Assembly: GCF_001194135.2 (NCBI RefSeq)
Contig: NC_068985.1
Coordinates: forward strand, 93,811,317 to 93,874,653
Length of the DNA: 63,337 nt
Reading direction: 5' to 3'
DNA from: Octopus bimaculoides
Taxonomy: Eukaryota
Shown here in pieces: positions 24,275-34,296 of this stretch (within the stretch, counting starts at the first letter, position 1; each line of letters starts with the position of its first letter). A model generated the notes under the pieces. The model did not search any database. It saw only the letters and a program-made list of their open reading frames with translations, and was not told the origin of the DNA. The position numbers and the translations under genes are program-made.

Positions 24275-24998
24275 NNNNNNNNNNNNNNNNNNNNNNNNNN
24301 NNNNNNNNNNNNNNNNNNNNNNNNNNNNNNNNNNNNNNNNNNNNNNNNNNNNNNNNNNNNNNNNNNNNNNNNNNNNNNNNNNNNNNNNNNNNNNNNNNNN
24401 NNNNNNNNNNNNNNNNNNNNNNNNNNNNNNNNNNNNNNNNNNNNNNNNNNNNNNNNNNNNNNNNNNNNNNNNNNNNNNNNNNNNNNNNNNNNNNNNNNNN
24501 NNNNNNNNNNNNNNNNNNNNNNNNNNNNNNNNNNNNNNNNNNNNNNNNNNNNNNNNNNNNNNNNNNNNNNNNNNNNNNNNNNNNNNNNNNNNNNNNNNNN
24601 NNNNNNNNNNNNNNNNNNNNNNNNNNNNNNNNNNNNNNNNNNNNNNNNNNNNNNNNNNNNNNNNNNNNNNNNNNNNNNNNNNNNNNNNNNNNNNNNNNNN
24701 NNNNNNNNNNNNNNNNNNNNNNNNNNNNNNNNNNNNNNNNNNNNNNNNNNNNNNNNNNNNNNNNNNNNNNNNNNNNNNNNNNNNNNNNNNNNNNNNNNNN
24801 NNNNNNNNNNNNNNNNNNNNNNNNNNNNNNNNNNNNNNNNNNNNNNNNNNNNNNNNNNNNNNNNNNNNNNNNNNNNNNNNNNNNNNNNNNNNNNNNNNNN
24901 NNNNNNNNNNNNNNNNNNNNNNNNNNNNNNNNNNNNNNNNNNNNNNNNNNNNNNNNNNNNNNNNNNNNNNNNNNNNNNNNNNNNNNNNNNNNNNNNNN

Positions 24999-25034
<36 letters not shown>
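24214..25034. repeat. (CT)n - N gap - (CA)n
   Basis: Direct reading; gap 24275-24998. Confidence 0.95.
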
Positions 25035-25039
<5 letters not shown>

Positions 25040-25215
25040 AAGGAACAGAAATGGTGTTTAACATTTTCTACACTTGTTTCGGTAGGGTTTTATTGATGTT
25101 GTCATAGATTACGTCATAGCATAAACCCACCATCCCCAAGCAAAATTTTAAACACGTATAAATAGGCATATTAAAACCTTGATGATGATCTGTCCAACAA
25201 TCAATGCGATAAATA

Positions 25216-25253
<38 letters not shown>

Positions 25254-25338
25254 ACATACATACATACATGTGTGTATGTGTGTGTGTCTGTATTACGAGT
25301 GTGTGTGTGTGTGTGTGCATATATATATTATATCTAAG

Positions 25339-25370
<32 letters not shown>

Positions 25371-25385
25371 GATATAGATATATAT
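25216..25385. repeat. compound (TATC)/(TACA)/(TG)/(TA) microsatellite
   Basis: Direct reading. Confidence 0.92.
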
Positions 25386-25904
25386 TAGTCACACACATTT
25401 ATCTCGTTTTAGATATACATTCTACATCAATTCAATAAATGAAACGAATTTAAAATATAAATTATTGTTCATTGGAAGAAAAATAAGAGGAAAAAAAAAA
25501 TGTTATTGAAAAATATATTTTCTGAAAAACTTACTTTCGGAAAAATAATGATATTATTTAGATACTCAGAGATATAAACGAAGAAAAAAACAACCAAAAT
25601 AATAACTGAAAAGAAAACGAAAAATATAAATTGCGTTATCGTTGATTTATTAGTTTGGTAAAACCTTTGCATGAAACGATTCCAAGTTTTATTAACGAAG
25701 CAAATATCAAAGCGGGTAACCAGCTCCAGATATATTTTATGTTGTTCATTTATTACCTCATTGCGTATAACAGCAACATATTTAATTAACGATCAAACAA
25801 ACCAGAGAATACAGATGTTTATTAGAGGAATTTCTCGGAGATTAAAGAAAACTGAACGGAAAGATTTCATTAAATAAAATTGAGAATGAAGAATGAAGCA
25901 ATTA

Positions 25905-26110
25905 CAGGGTGCGACGGAAAATGTTCCCACATTTTATCTGGCCATTGACGTAATGCTAGAAAATGGCGATGGAACTTTTATGTAATATATATTTTACCGT
26001 TGCTTAAGATATCAATATAAATTGAAACGTTTGTAAACCTGTAAAATATGACAGGTTTTTTTCGTTGTACGCTCTGGCTTCTTCCAACTTCCCACCATAT
26101 TTTCCGACTG
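25905..26110 (+). mobile_element. single end of a Tc1/mariner-type element
   Basis: TA|CAGGGTGCGACGGAAAA terminus, similar in style to the TIR at 23218. No partner TIR found; right boundary uncertain. Confidence 0.4.
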
Positions 26111-26315
26111 CCTTTCAGATTTTACAACTTCTTACGACGCTTTCGAATGAACAACAATGTGTAATTGAAATTCGTTTCATATATTCAATTAATGTAGTAT
26201 GTGTGTCTAAAAACAGATAAACGTCTGTGATTATGTGTGTGTGTATCTCTCTCTCTCTCTCCCTCTCACATATTTGTATATATACACATACATATATGTA
26301 TGTGTATATATATAA

Positions 26316-26380
<65 letters not shown>

Positions 26381-26410
26381 NNNNNNNNNNNNNNNNNNNN
26401 NNNNNNNNNN

Positions 26411-26540
26411 CTGAAGAAGAACTTTGCTCGAAACGTAAAACCACCTTTCTTTCCTTCCCTGAGCGTCTGCTAATACTTTACTTGTACCACGTCCTCGCGT
26501 TGTTGTTTTTGTTGTGTTTGTTCTTCGTTGTTCTTGGATT

Positions 26541-26545
<5 letters not shown>
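26411..26545 (+). mobile_element. diverged family D relative with canonical hammerhead core
   Basis: CTGAAGA-A-GAAC-TTT-GCTC-GAAACGTA. The reverse complement aligns with family D (AACAAC..CGAGGAC.GTGGT..TATTAG..GACGCTC.GGAA). Ends in (TA)n. The 5' stem I strand lies in the gap. Confidence 0.7.
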
Positions 26546-26581
<36 letters not shown>

Positions 26582-27412
26582 GTCGTCCCATAGGTTCTGT
26601 CCGGTTTTACCTTTTTTAAAACTGAATGAAATAATTTGTTTTCTATTTAGTGGCACTGAACCTACTCAAAACCTCTTTTACCTCTGGCAAGAGGTGGTCC
26701 ATATTTGTCTGGCCCCTATCTTGGGATATATCCAGTATGGGACGCCCTGCAACGTGCTTTCACTCCACGGACTTAGCTTTTAGGGTCATTGAAGGATACA
26801 GGCCACTAAATAGTAGCCAGGAATGGATCTCGTAGCAGATTCCTGAAGAAAAGGATACTTAATATTTTTGATAACTATTATTCGCAGTTTTAATCTTCTG
26901 AATGCTGGTTCTGCATGACACTTAGATTTGGCTCGAAACAACAATCAAATGATTTAATTGATCAATTGCAACTGTATTGTGATAATCTTGAATCTTAGCC
27001 AACAGCAACAAGAACAACATCAACAAGAACTTCAATCATGTACAGCATTGCATGTTCCCTACTCTGCTTCTTAAAAACCAGCCAAATTATACGAACCATT
27101 GTTAATTTTATGTTGATTACTCTAACCAACAACTGTGATTCACTTCTGACCCCTCAAATATATATCAGTATTCTTGGCATACTTCCTTATATCGATTGTC
27201 CTTCTGGAATCCATGAATATTCTTTCTTTGAGACAGTTATATAATTCGCTGCCAAATCCTCCCCATTGACCTTTGCTAAAAACTTCTGATTTCATTCCAT
27301 CTTCCTCGGGGAACAATCGATCTCATTAAGTTTTGAGATTGCAATTCACAGTTATATATGTCTAACAGTTAATGTTTTCAGTTATATGTCTCTCTATTAA
27401 TATTCTCCTTTA

Positions 27413-27630
27413 AGGCGGCGAGCTGACAGAACCGTTCGATTAACTGAGGAAATGTTTCGCGTTTTTCTTCACGTGTTTTTCTTCTCTACTTTTTGAGTTC
27501 AAATCCTGCCGACGTTAACTTTGATTTTCATCATTCCTCGGTCGATAAAAACAAAACGAGGAAAAACCTAAATCAAATATTGGCATGGATAGCATCGACT
27601 AACGACCACCCTAAAATGTTGCTGGTCTTC
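27413..27630 (+). mobile_element. SINE family B, degenerate
   Basis: AAGGCGGCGAGCTGACAGAACCGTT..GAGTTCAAATCCTGCCGACG. Confidence 0.75.
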
Positions 27631-27864
27631 GACCATTAAATGAAAATGAATTAGATGAATCGATGGAACATCGGAGGAATGCTTTACGATATTAGTTTCT
27701 GCTGGATCTTAGCATCCTTATTTCAAATATCACCTAGGTCAGCTTGGCCTTCCATCCCTGCTGGTTCGATAAAATAAAGTTCTGGAGCCGCGGGTTAGAC
27801 TTAGTCATTCTCCTCCATTGCAGACCTTGTGTCTATTTAAGAAACATTAATATTTTCACCAATG

Positions 27865-28040
27865 AGGTTGGCATGTTGGCACATGAAACAAAATGTTTAG
27901 CGGTGTTTCTTCCGACTCGTTACGTTCTGAGTTAAAATTCTACCGAGGGCGACCTTACTCTTCTTTTGTCGATAAAATAAGTATCAGTTAAGCACTGGGG
28001 TCAATGTAATTCACTTCCCCTTCCTCTTAAAACTGCTATT
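27865..28040 (+). mobile_element. SINE family B, degenerate
   Basis: AAATGTTTAGCGG..CGTTCTGAGTTAAAATTC..GTCGATAAAATAAGTATCAGTT..CTGGGGTC. Confidence 0.8.
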
Positions 28041-28059
28041 TTCATCAATGAATAAATTA

Positions 28060-28654
28060 TAACATAAATCTTCATCATATTGATAACGAGGTACCATTCC
28101 GCGCTTCCTCAAAGGCTACTGTGTGTGACTGTGCCTTGGAACCTGTTGATCATTTTCCCTATTCTCCTGGTTTGGCCCCATCTAACCCTCATCTGTTCTC
28201 CAACATAAAAGAACACTTATCTGGGAACCAGCATCGCAGTGATGATGTCACATCTGCTGTTGATGAATTTTGGAGCCAAGAAGTTGATAGCTTCTTCACC
28301 AATAGAATCAAAACATTCTTTTCTACTCTAGGCACAAGGCCCGAAATTTTGAGGGAGGGTTCCAGTTAATTAGATCGACTCCAGTACGCAACTGGTACTT
28401 AATTTATCGACCCTGAAAGGCAAAGTTGACCTCGGCGGACTTTGAACTCAGAACGTAAAGACAGACGAAATACCACTAAGCATTTCGCTCGGCGTGCTAA
28501 CGTTTCTACCAGCTCGCTGCCTTAAATTAATCAAAAACATTGTTACACCAATAGAAGTGTGTGGAATCCAAGAAGGACTGTATTTAAAAATAAACCCCAT
28601 TTGATCACTTTCCATGAGACTACCTTTAACCTATGAACTTTTCAGACGACTCCG
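28060..28654 (+). mobile_element. mariner 3' fragment interrupted by a SINE B
   Basis: HHIDN..CDCALEPVDHFPYSPGLAPSNPHLFSNIKEHLSGNQHRSDD..FFTNRI[SINE]..KCVE (PYSPDLAP motif). 3' terminus AACTTTTCAGACGACTCCG|TA. Confidence 0.88.
28314..28525 (-). mobile_element. SINE family B, full length, with TSD
   Basis: AATCAAAACATT (28306-28317) / AATCAAAAACATT (28529-28541). Confidence 0.92.
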
Positions 28655-28995
28655 TATATTAACCCTTGTGTACTTTAATCTTTTCTATGTAGGAGTATAA
28701 TTTCATAAATATTTGGCTGTTGATTCCAGAAGATCAAAGATGCACAAGCGCTTTCATTGACGCAAAGTGACGATGTGTTGTAATGGTATAATGTAGTTGG
28801 ACATCCTTTGTTTCTCAATTAAAAATGTGTTGCAAATGTTATATTACTGTTATATAATTAATAAATAAAATAAAATTTCAAACAAGAATTTTCTCGCAAA
28901 ATGTAAAATATAAGCAGAATAACAACATATAAATTGTAGAACTAACAAAACTTCATAATATTCGTAATAAAGATTTTAATATTAATGACTTTGTA

Positions 28996-29076
28996 CGGTG
29001 GTGTGCTGGCAGAAACGTTAGCACGCCGGGCGAAATGCTCGCGGTATTTCGTCTGTCTTTACGATCTGAGTTCAAA
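28996..29076 (+). mobile_element. SINE family B head only
   Basis: GCTGGCAGAAACGTTAGCACGCCGGGCGAAATGC..GAGTTCAAA; breaks off next to the HERO 3' end. Confidence 0.88.
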
Positions 29077-29089
29077 GTTTATGTGCTAC

Positions 29090-29498
29090 CAGTCGAAAGC
29101 TTCGCATACCGGAAGCCAGCAAGTGTATGTGGTCATCAGGAGAGAATGCACGCGGTTTTTCTTTGTGAGGGGAGTGCTATCTCTGGACCCCCTCACTGAT
29201 ATGAAGCCCTGCTTGCTTGATCAAACGGTTATCAAATATAGCTCGATATTCTTCTAGCTATCGCCCATCGTCTCTTTTTAACCAAATCCAGTGTAGTTTG
29301 GATATTGGTTATGATGGTATTTACGATGAGTTAGGCCTAGCGATAACAACGGTCACTTCACTCTATGTCTAAAGAATCCTCTACATCCGACATCGATTGG
29401 AAAATGTTCCGCCTTCCAGCCTATGTCTTTACATTACTCGTGGAGGTTTACATAATGGTCAGTATTTCGAGCCCGAGCGGCGTCCATGCTATCTTCGT
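29090..29498 (-). mobile_element. HERO-clade (RLE-type) non-LTR retrotransposon 3' end: RLE C-terminus plus 3' UTR
   Basis: ..HFPIDVGCRGFFRHRVK*PLLSLGL..WIWLKRDDGR*: the EVGCRGF and WLWLKR motifs characteristic of HERO. 3' UTR carries an 8-bp GC hairpin; lower boundary approximate. Confidence 0.82.
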
Positions 29499-29560
29499 TT
29501 GGAATCGAACTCGGAATGTTGGGGTTAGTAAGCCGTGCTCTTAAACACTAGGCCATATAC
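29499..29560 (-). promoter_or_regulatory. tRNA-derived Pol III A/B-box module
   Basis: Minus strand TATGGCCTAGTGTTTAAGAGCACGGCTTACTAACCCCAACATTCCGAGTTCGATTCCAA: A-box-like TGGCCTAGTG(T), B box GTTCGATTCC, tRNA-like spacing. Confidence 0.7.
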
Positions 29561-29883
29561 TTGTGGGCAATTATAGAGTGAATTTTAGGGCTTATAAATC
29601 TAATATTTTCCTAGCCTTCTTTAATACCAGTTCCCATATGCTGCTCATATCTACACTCGGTCTGTTTAAGAGGTTGTCGTGTCCTAGCATATGTGCTGCT
29701 TCTTTTCGTTTTCGTATTTTTCAATGGTGTTCTCTGTCAATTATTTTAACTTCATCCCACAGGATGAGGTGGTCTCCATTTATCCATACATGATCGGCTA
29801 TACCCGATTTATGAATATCTCCTCTTGTCACAGTTTTACGATGTTCGTCTACCCTTATATTAAGTGGGTGACATATTTGCGCA
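29499..29883 (-). mobile_element. Penelope-like element 3' fragment: GIY-YIG C-terminus plus downstream tRNA-like segment
   Basis: CHPLNIRVDEHRKTVTRGDIHKSGIADHVWINGDHLILWDEVKIIDREHH*KIRKRKEAAHMLGHDNLLNR..IWELVLKK (R..EH / KS..A.H / W..VKI..RE..W..R..KE pattern). Stop at 29594-29592. Confidence 0.88.
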
Positions 29884-30200
29884 CCGGTCACCTCACTCTT
29901 TATCCAAAGAATCCTCTACATCCGACATCAATTGGAAAATGTTCCGCCTTCCAGCCTACCTCTTTACATTCCTCGTGAAGGTTTACATAACGGTCAATCT
30001 TTCGAGCCCGAGCGGCGTCCATGTTATCTTCGTGAGGAACCGTTAACTCCACTAGATTCACAACTTTCTTTCTTTCACACCACATTATAATATCCGTTTT
30101 TTTTTTAGCAACTGGGATGGGAAAGAGTCCCTGGCACCCTGGTAAATCTACAGCCACTTCCTAATAGACTTCCAAGGATCATATGGACCCAGCTGATAAC
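29884..30200 (-). mobile_element. HERO-clade RLE domain fragment
   Basis: AVDL..FPIP..KKTDIIMWCERKKVVNLVELTVPHEDNMDAARARKIDRYVNLHEECKEVGWKAEHFPIDVGCRGF (PD..ELTVP.E..RK..KY restriction-like endonuclease). Confidence 0.88.
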
Positions 30201-30491
30201 CACTGATTTGGCTAATCGTATTGCAAAGAAGATGGATTGGCCATGCTCCAAATAAGATTTTGATAATAGGTCTGTACAATCAGAGTTGGTCTGTAGTTAA
30301 GTAACAACAAACAAAATGAACCTCGACATCGAGGACGGTGGCGGTGCAGGCGACAACAATAGACTGAAGACATTTAATGTAGAGAATATATTTTCACTTA
30401 TATCCAAACAAATTCTTTTATCAAGATCTCTACTCTGAAATAGATTATGAAGAATGATTATATGAAGAATGTGTGAAATATACATAAATCC

Positions 30492-30530
<39 letters not shown>

Positions 30531-31029
30531 NNNNNNNNNNNNNNNNNNNNNNNNNNNNNNNNNNNNNNNNNNNNNNNNNNNNNNNNNNNNNNNNNNNNNN
30601 NNNNNNNNNNNNNNNNNNNNNNNNNNNNNNNNNNNNNNNNNNNNNNNNNNNNNNNNNNNNNNNNNNNNNNNNNNNNNNNNNNNNNNNNNNNNNNNNNNNN
30701 NNNNNNNNNNNNNNNNNNNNNNNNNNNNNNNNNNNNNNNNNNNNNNNNNNNNNNNNNNNNNNNNNNNNNNNNNNNNNNNNNNNNNNNNNNNNNNNNNNNN
30801 NNNNNNNNNNNNNNNNNNNNNNNNNNNNNNNNNNNNNNNNNNNNNNNNNNNNNNNNNNNNNNNNNNNNNNNNNNNNNNNNNNNNNNNNNNNNNNNNNNNN
30901 NNNNNNNNNNNNNNNNNNNNNNNNNNNNNNNNNNNNNNNNNNNNNNNNNNNNNNNNNNNNNNNNNNNNNNNNNNNNNNNNNNNNNNNNNNNNNNNNNNNN
31001 NNNNNNNNNNNNNNNNNNNNNNNNNNNNN

Positions 31030-31065
<36 letters not shown>

Positions 31066-31199
31066 CACAAATACACATACACACACACATATATATATAT
31101 GTACACATATATGTATATATAGATGCATCTGTCTATTTCTATATTTCTATAAACACACACACATATACACATACAGACACACACACACACATTCACACA

Positions 31200-31254
<55 letters not shown>

Positions 31255-32319
31255 CTATATACAAATATATGGAAATACTGACTACAAATATCTAAAACAA
31301 AAACACAAGAAGCAAAACAATGTCTACAAAGATTTTTTCGCTCCAGCTAATACTATTTCTGCTTACAAATAATAGCAGATGAAGGAAAGACAATTTTTAT
31401 CACTTAGGCTCTGAATAAAATATCTTATCCTCTACTGCTTTCATTATAGGTTTCTATTATCGCATAACATTTTCAGAACTAATCTAATTTTCTTCCGTTT
31501 TCTAGTTTTATTATGATTTTTTACTTCCTCTTTCTTCTTGATTACTATTCAAAGCATATGCTATCTCTCACATTAATCTTGTGTGCATCTTCATCGTCGT
31601 CACTAACAGTGTTTCTTTCCATTTATCGCTATGTATATATATATATATATATNNNNNNNNNNNNNNNNNNNNNNNNNNNNNNNNNNNNNNNNNNNNNNNN
31701 NNNNNNNNNNNNNNNNNNNNNNNNNNNNNNNNNNNNNNNNNNNNNNNNNNNNNNNNNNNNNNNNNNNNNNNNNNNNNNNNNNNNNNNNNNNNNNNNNNNN
31801 NNNNNNNNNNNNNNNNNNNNNNNNNNNNNNNNNNNNNNNNNNNNNNNNNNNNNNNNNNNNNNNNNNNNNNNNNNNNNNNNNNNNNNNNNNNNNNNNNNNN
31901 NNNNNNNNNNNNNNNNNNNNNNNNNNNNNNNNNNNNNNNNNNNNNNNNNNNNNNNNNNNGTGTGTGTGTTATTCTTTTGTTTGGTAATAAAAATACGAAA
32001 TCATATCTCCGGTGCTGGCATCTCATGAAAATCGAAAATAAAATTTCATTACTAGGGGGGGGGGACACATTATCAATAAATAATAGCGATTGAACCTAAT
32101 ATTTTTTTAAAAAACCTTTTGTTATCACTGAATGCGTAAACATATAACCAAAGCCTTACCAAGCATGACCACCACTTGTGCCTCTGATATAGTGTAATAT
32201 ACACTACATGATTCAGTATATTCAGCATCTTCCGCGTTCCTGAGTCATTAGAATGCGATATTAAGGTGATTTGGTGGTTTTTGTTTTTACAGAACAAGTT
32301 GGTAATATACAAGCTGTCT

Positions 32320-32853
32320 GCGTCGGCGAGCTGGCAGAAGCGTTAGCACGCCGAGTGAAATGCTTAGCGGTATTTCGTCTGTCTGTACGTTCTGAGTTCA
32401 AATTCCGCAGAAGTATACTTTGCATTTTATCGTCTCGAGGTCGATTAAATAAGTACCAGTTACGCACTGGGGTCGATCTAATTGACTTAATCCCTTGGTC
32501 TCTCCTTGTTTGTCCCCTGTGTGTTTAGTGCCCTGTGGGCAATAGAGAAATATATATTATAATAAGAAGCATATATTATTGACCTGCCATACATCAGGAT
32601 AACTTTGGAAGTATTCTGTTGCCAATATAGGTGGAATCAAAAGCGGTGAGCTGGAAGAAGCGTTAGGACACCGAGCGAAATGCTTAGTAGTATTTCGTCT
32701 GTCTGTACGTTCTGAGTTCAAATTCCGCCGAGGTTGACTTTGTCTTTCATCCTTTTGGGGTCGATAAATTAAGTATCAGTTGCGTACTGGAGTAGATCTA
32801 ATCAACTGGCCCCCTCCTCCAAAATTTTCAGGCCTTTTGCCCAGAGAAGAAAA
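32320..32853 (+). mobile_element. two SINE family B copies (32320-32552, 32642-32853) enclosed by one 16-bp direct repeat
   Basis: AATATACAAGCTGTCT at 32304-32319 and 32854-32869. Confidence 0.9.
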
Positions 32854-32967
32854 AATATACAAGCTGTCTAAATATTGTTCCTAGAAAATTTTGCCATCAA
32901 GTAAGTCATAGTTAACTTTGAAGTGGTTCACAATTTTTAGCCTGGCTACTTACTCTATAGGGGCCTT

Positions 32968-33268
32968 TTGAATGTTTATTGAGCGAAAACACCTAAAGGT
33001 CCACGAGGCTCCAGCAGGGAGTGGTGGTGAACCCTGCTGTACTCTTTCACCACAGCTTTCTCTCACTCTGTCTTCCTGTTTCTGTTGTACCTGTAATTCA
33101 AAAGACCTGCCTTGTCTCACACTGTGTCACGCTGAATCTCCCCAAGAACAACGTTAAGGGTACACGTGTCTATGGAGTGCTCAGCCACTTGCACGTAAAT
33201 TTCACGAGCAGGCTGTTCCGTTGATCAGATCAGCTGGAACCCTCGTCGTCGTAACCGACGGAGTGCAT
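32968..33268 (+). mobile_element. SINE family C, lacking tRNA head
   Basis: TGTTTATTGAGCGAAAACACCTAAAG..GGAACCCTCGTCGTCGTAACCGACGGAGTGC. Confidence 0.92.
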
Positions 33269-33281
33269 CGATATATATATA

Positions 33282-33480
33282 GTTTAAATTTACATTAAAA
33301 TAAAAAGAAGACAGGTGTAAGAAGAACGACCCGGTGTATTAGTTTAACGCTCAAGTCATTTACGTTTCGAGCCCACGCTCTTCGTTAGGAAGGATTAAGA
33401 GGCGGAAAAATGGAAAGAGAATGAAAAAAACGGAGCGAGAAAAGATGCGTAGAGTCCCACGGTCCGAGAGAAAAACTGTG
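33282..33480 (-). mobile_element. third family D-related subfamily copy with degenerate hammerhead
   Basis: Minus strand CTAACGA-A-GAGC-GTGG-GCTC-GAAACGTA (33392-33357). Shares the GACAGGTG, TATTAG and ACGCTC motifs with family D; ends at (TA)n 33270-33281. Confidence 0.65.
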
Positions 33481-33505
33481 TAGAGTTCACATACTCCGAT
33501 GTGTA

Positions 33506-33927
33506 GGCGCAGGAGTGGCTGTGTGAAAAGAAGCTTGCTCCCCAACCATATAGTTCAGGGATCAGTCTTACTGCGTAGCACCCTGGAAAAGTGTCTTCTA
33601 CTATAGCCTCGGGCCGACCAAAGCCTTGAGAGTGGATTTGCTAGACGGAAACTGAAACAAGCCCGTCGTTTATATGTATATATATACGTATGTGTATGTG
33701 TGTGTCTGTGTTTGTGTGTCTGTGTTTGTGTGTCTGTGTTTGTCTCCCCACCATCTCTTGACAGCCGATGTTGGTATGCTTATGTCCCTGCAGCTTGGCG
33801 GTTCGGCAAAAGAGACCGAGAGAATAAGTCCTAGGCTTACTAGGAATAAGTCCTCCGATCGTTTTGTTGGACTAAAGGCGGTGCTGCAGCATGGCCACAA
33901 TGAAGCGACTGAAGCAAATAAAAGAAT
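33506..33927 (+). mobile_element. SINE family A, full length
   Basis: Complete head, internal (TA)(TG) tract and 3' half. Confidence 0.93.
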
Positions 33928-34020
33928 ATATGTGTTATGTGTATGATGCATAACGGCAGCAACTGATCGGATATGGAACAGGAAAAGAAGTATTTTTATT
34001 TGTAATACAATCTTAGTTAT

Positions 34021-34152
34021 CCGTCGAGGTCAACTTTGCCTTTCATCCTTTCAGAGTCGATAAATTAAGCACTAGTTGCATACTGGGTCGATCTAATAGC
34101 CTGGCCCCCTCCCCAAAAATTTCGGGCCTTGTGCCTAGAGTAGAAAAGGATA
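34021..34152 (+). mobile_element. SINE family B 3' half
   Basis: GTCAACTTTGCCTTTCATCC..TTTCGGGCCTTGTGCCTAGAGTAGAAAAGG. Confidence 0.9.
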
Positions 34153-34255
34153 TTTATGCCAATCAAACTAACCAATTTGGTAAATTCACAGCGTTTTGTG
34201 TTTATATACAGCTAGTAGCTTTCATTCGTTCTGCGAGGAGATAAAATTGTATTGT

Positions 34256-34296
34256 ATTTCTGATGAGATTAAAATAAGATCCGAAACGAATCAAGT
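34256..34296 (+). ncRNA. degenerate hammerhead-like motif
   Basis: ATTT-CTGATGA-GATTAAAATAAGATCC-GAAACGAATC-AAGT: intact CUGAUGA and GAAA, 4-bp stem I (one G-U); imperfect stems II and III. Confidence 0.35.

Noticed and set aside
29095-29130. CTGATGA..CATAC/GTATG..GAAG in the HERO 3' UTR as a hammerhead
   Set aside because: GAAG core, three unpaired bases after the core and no stems I/III; cannot be supported.
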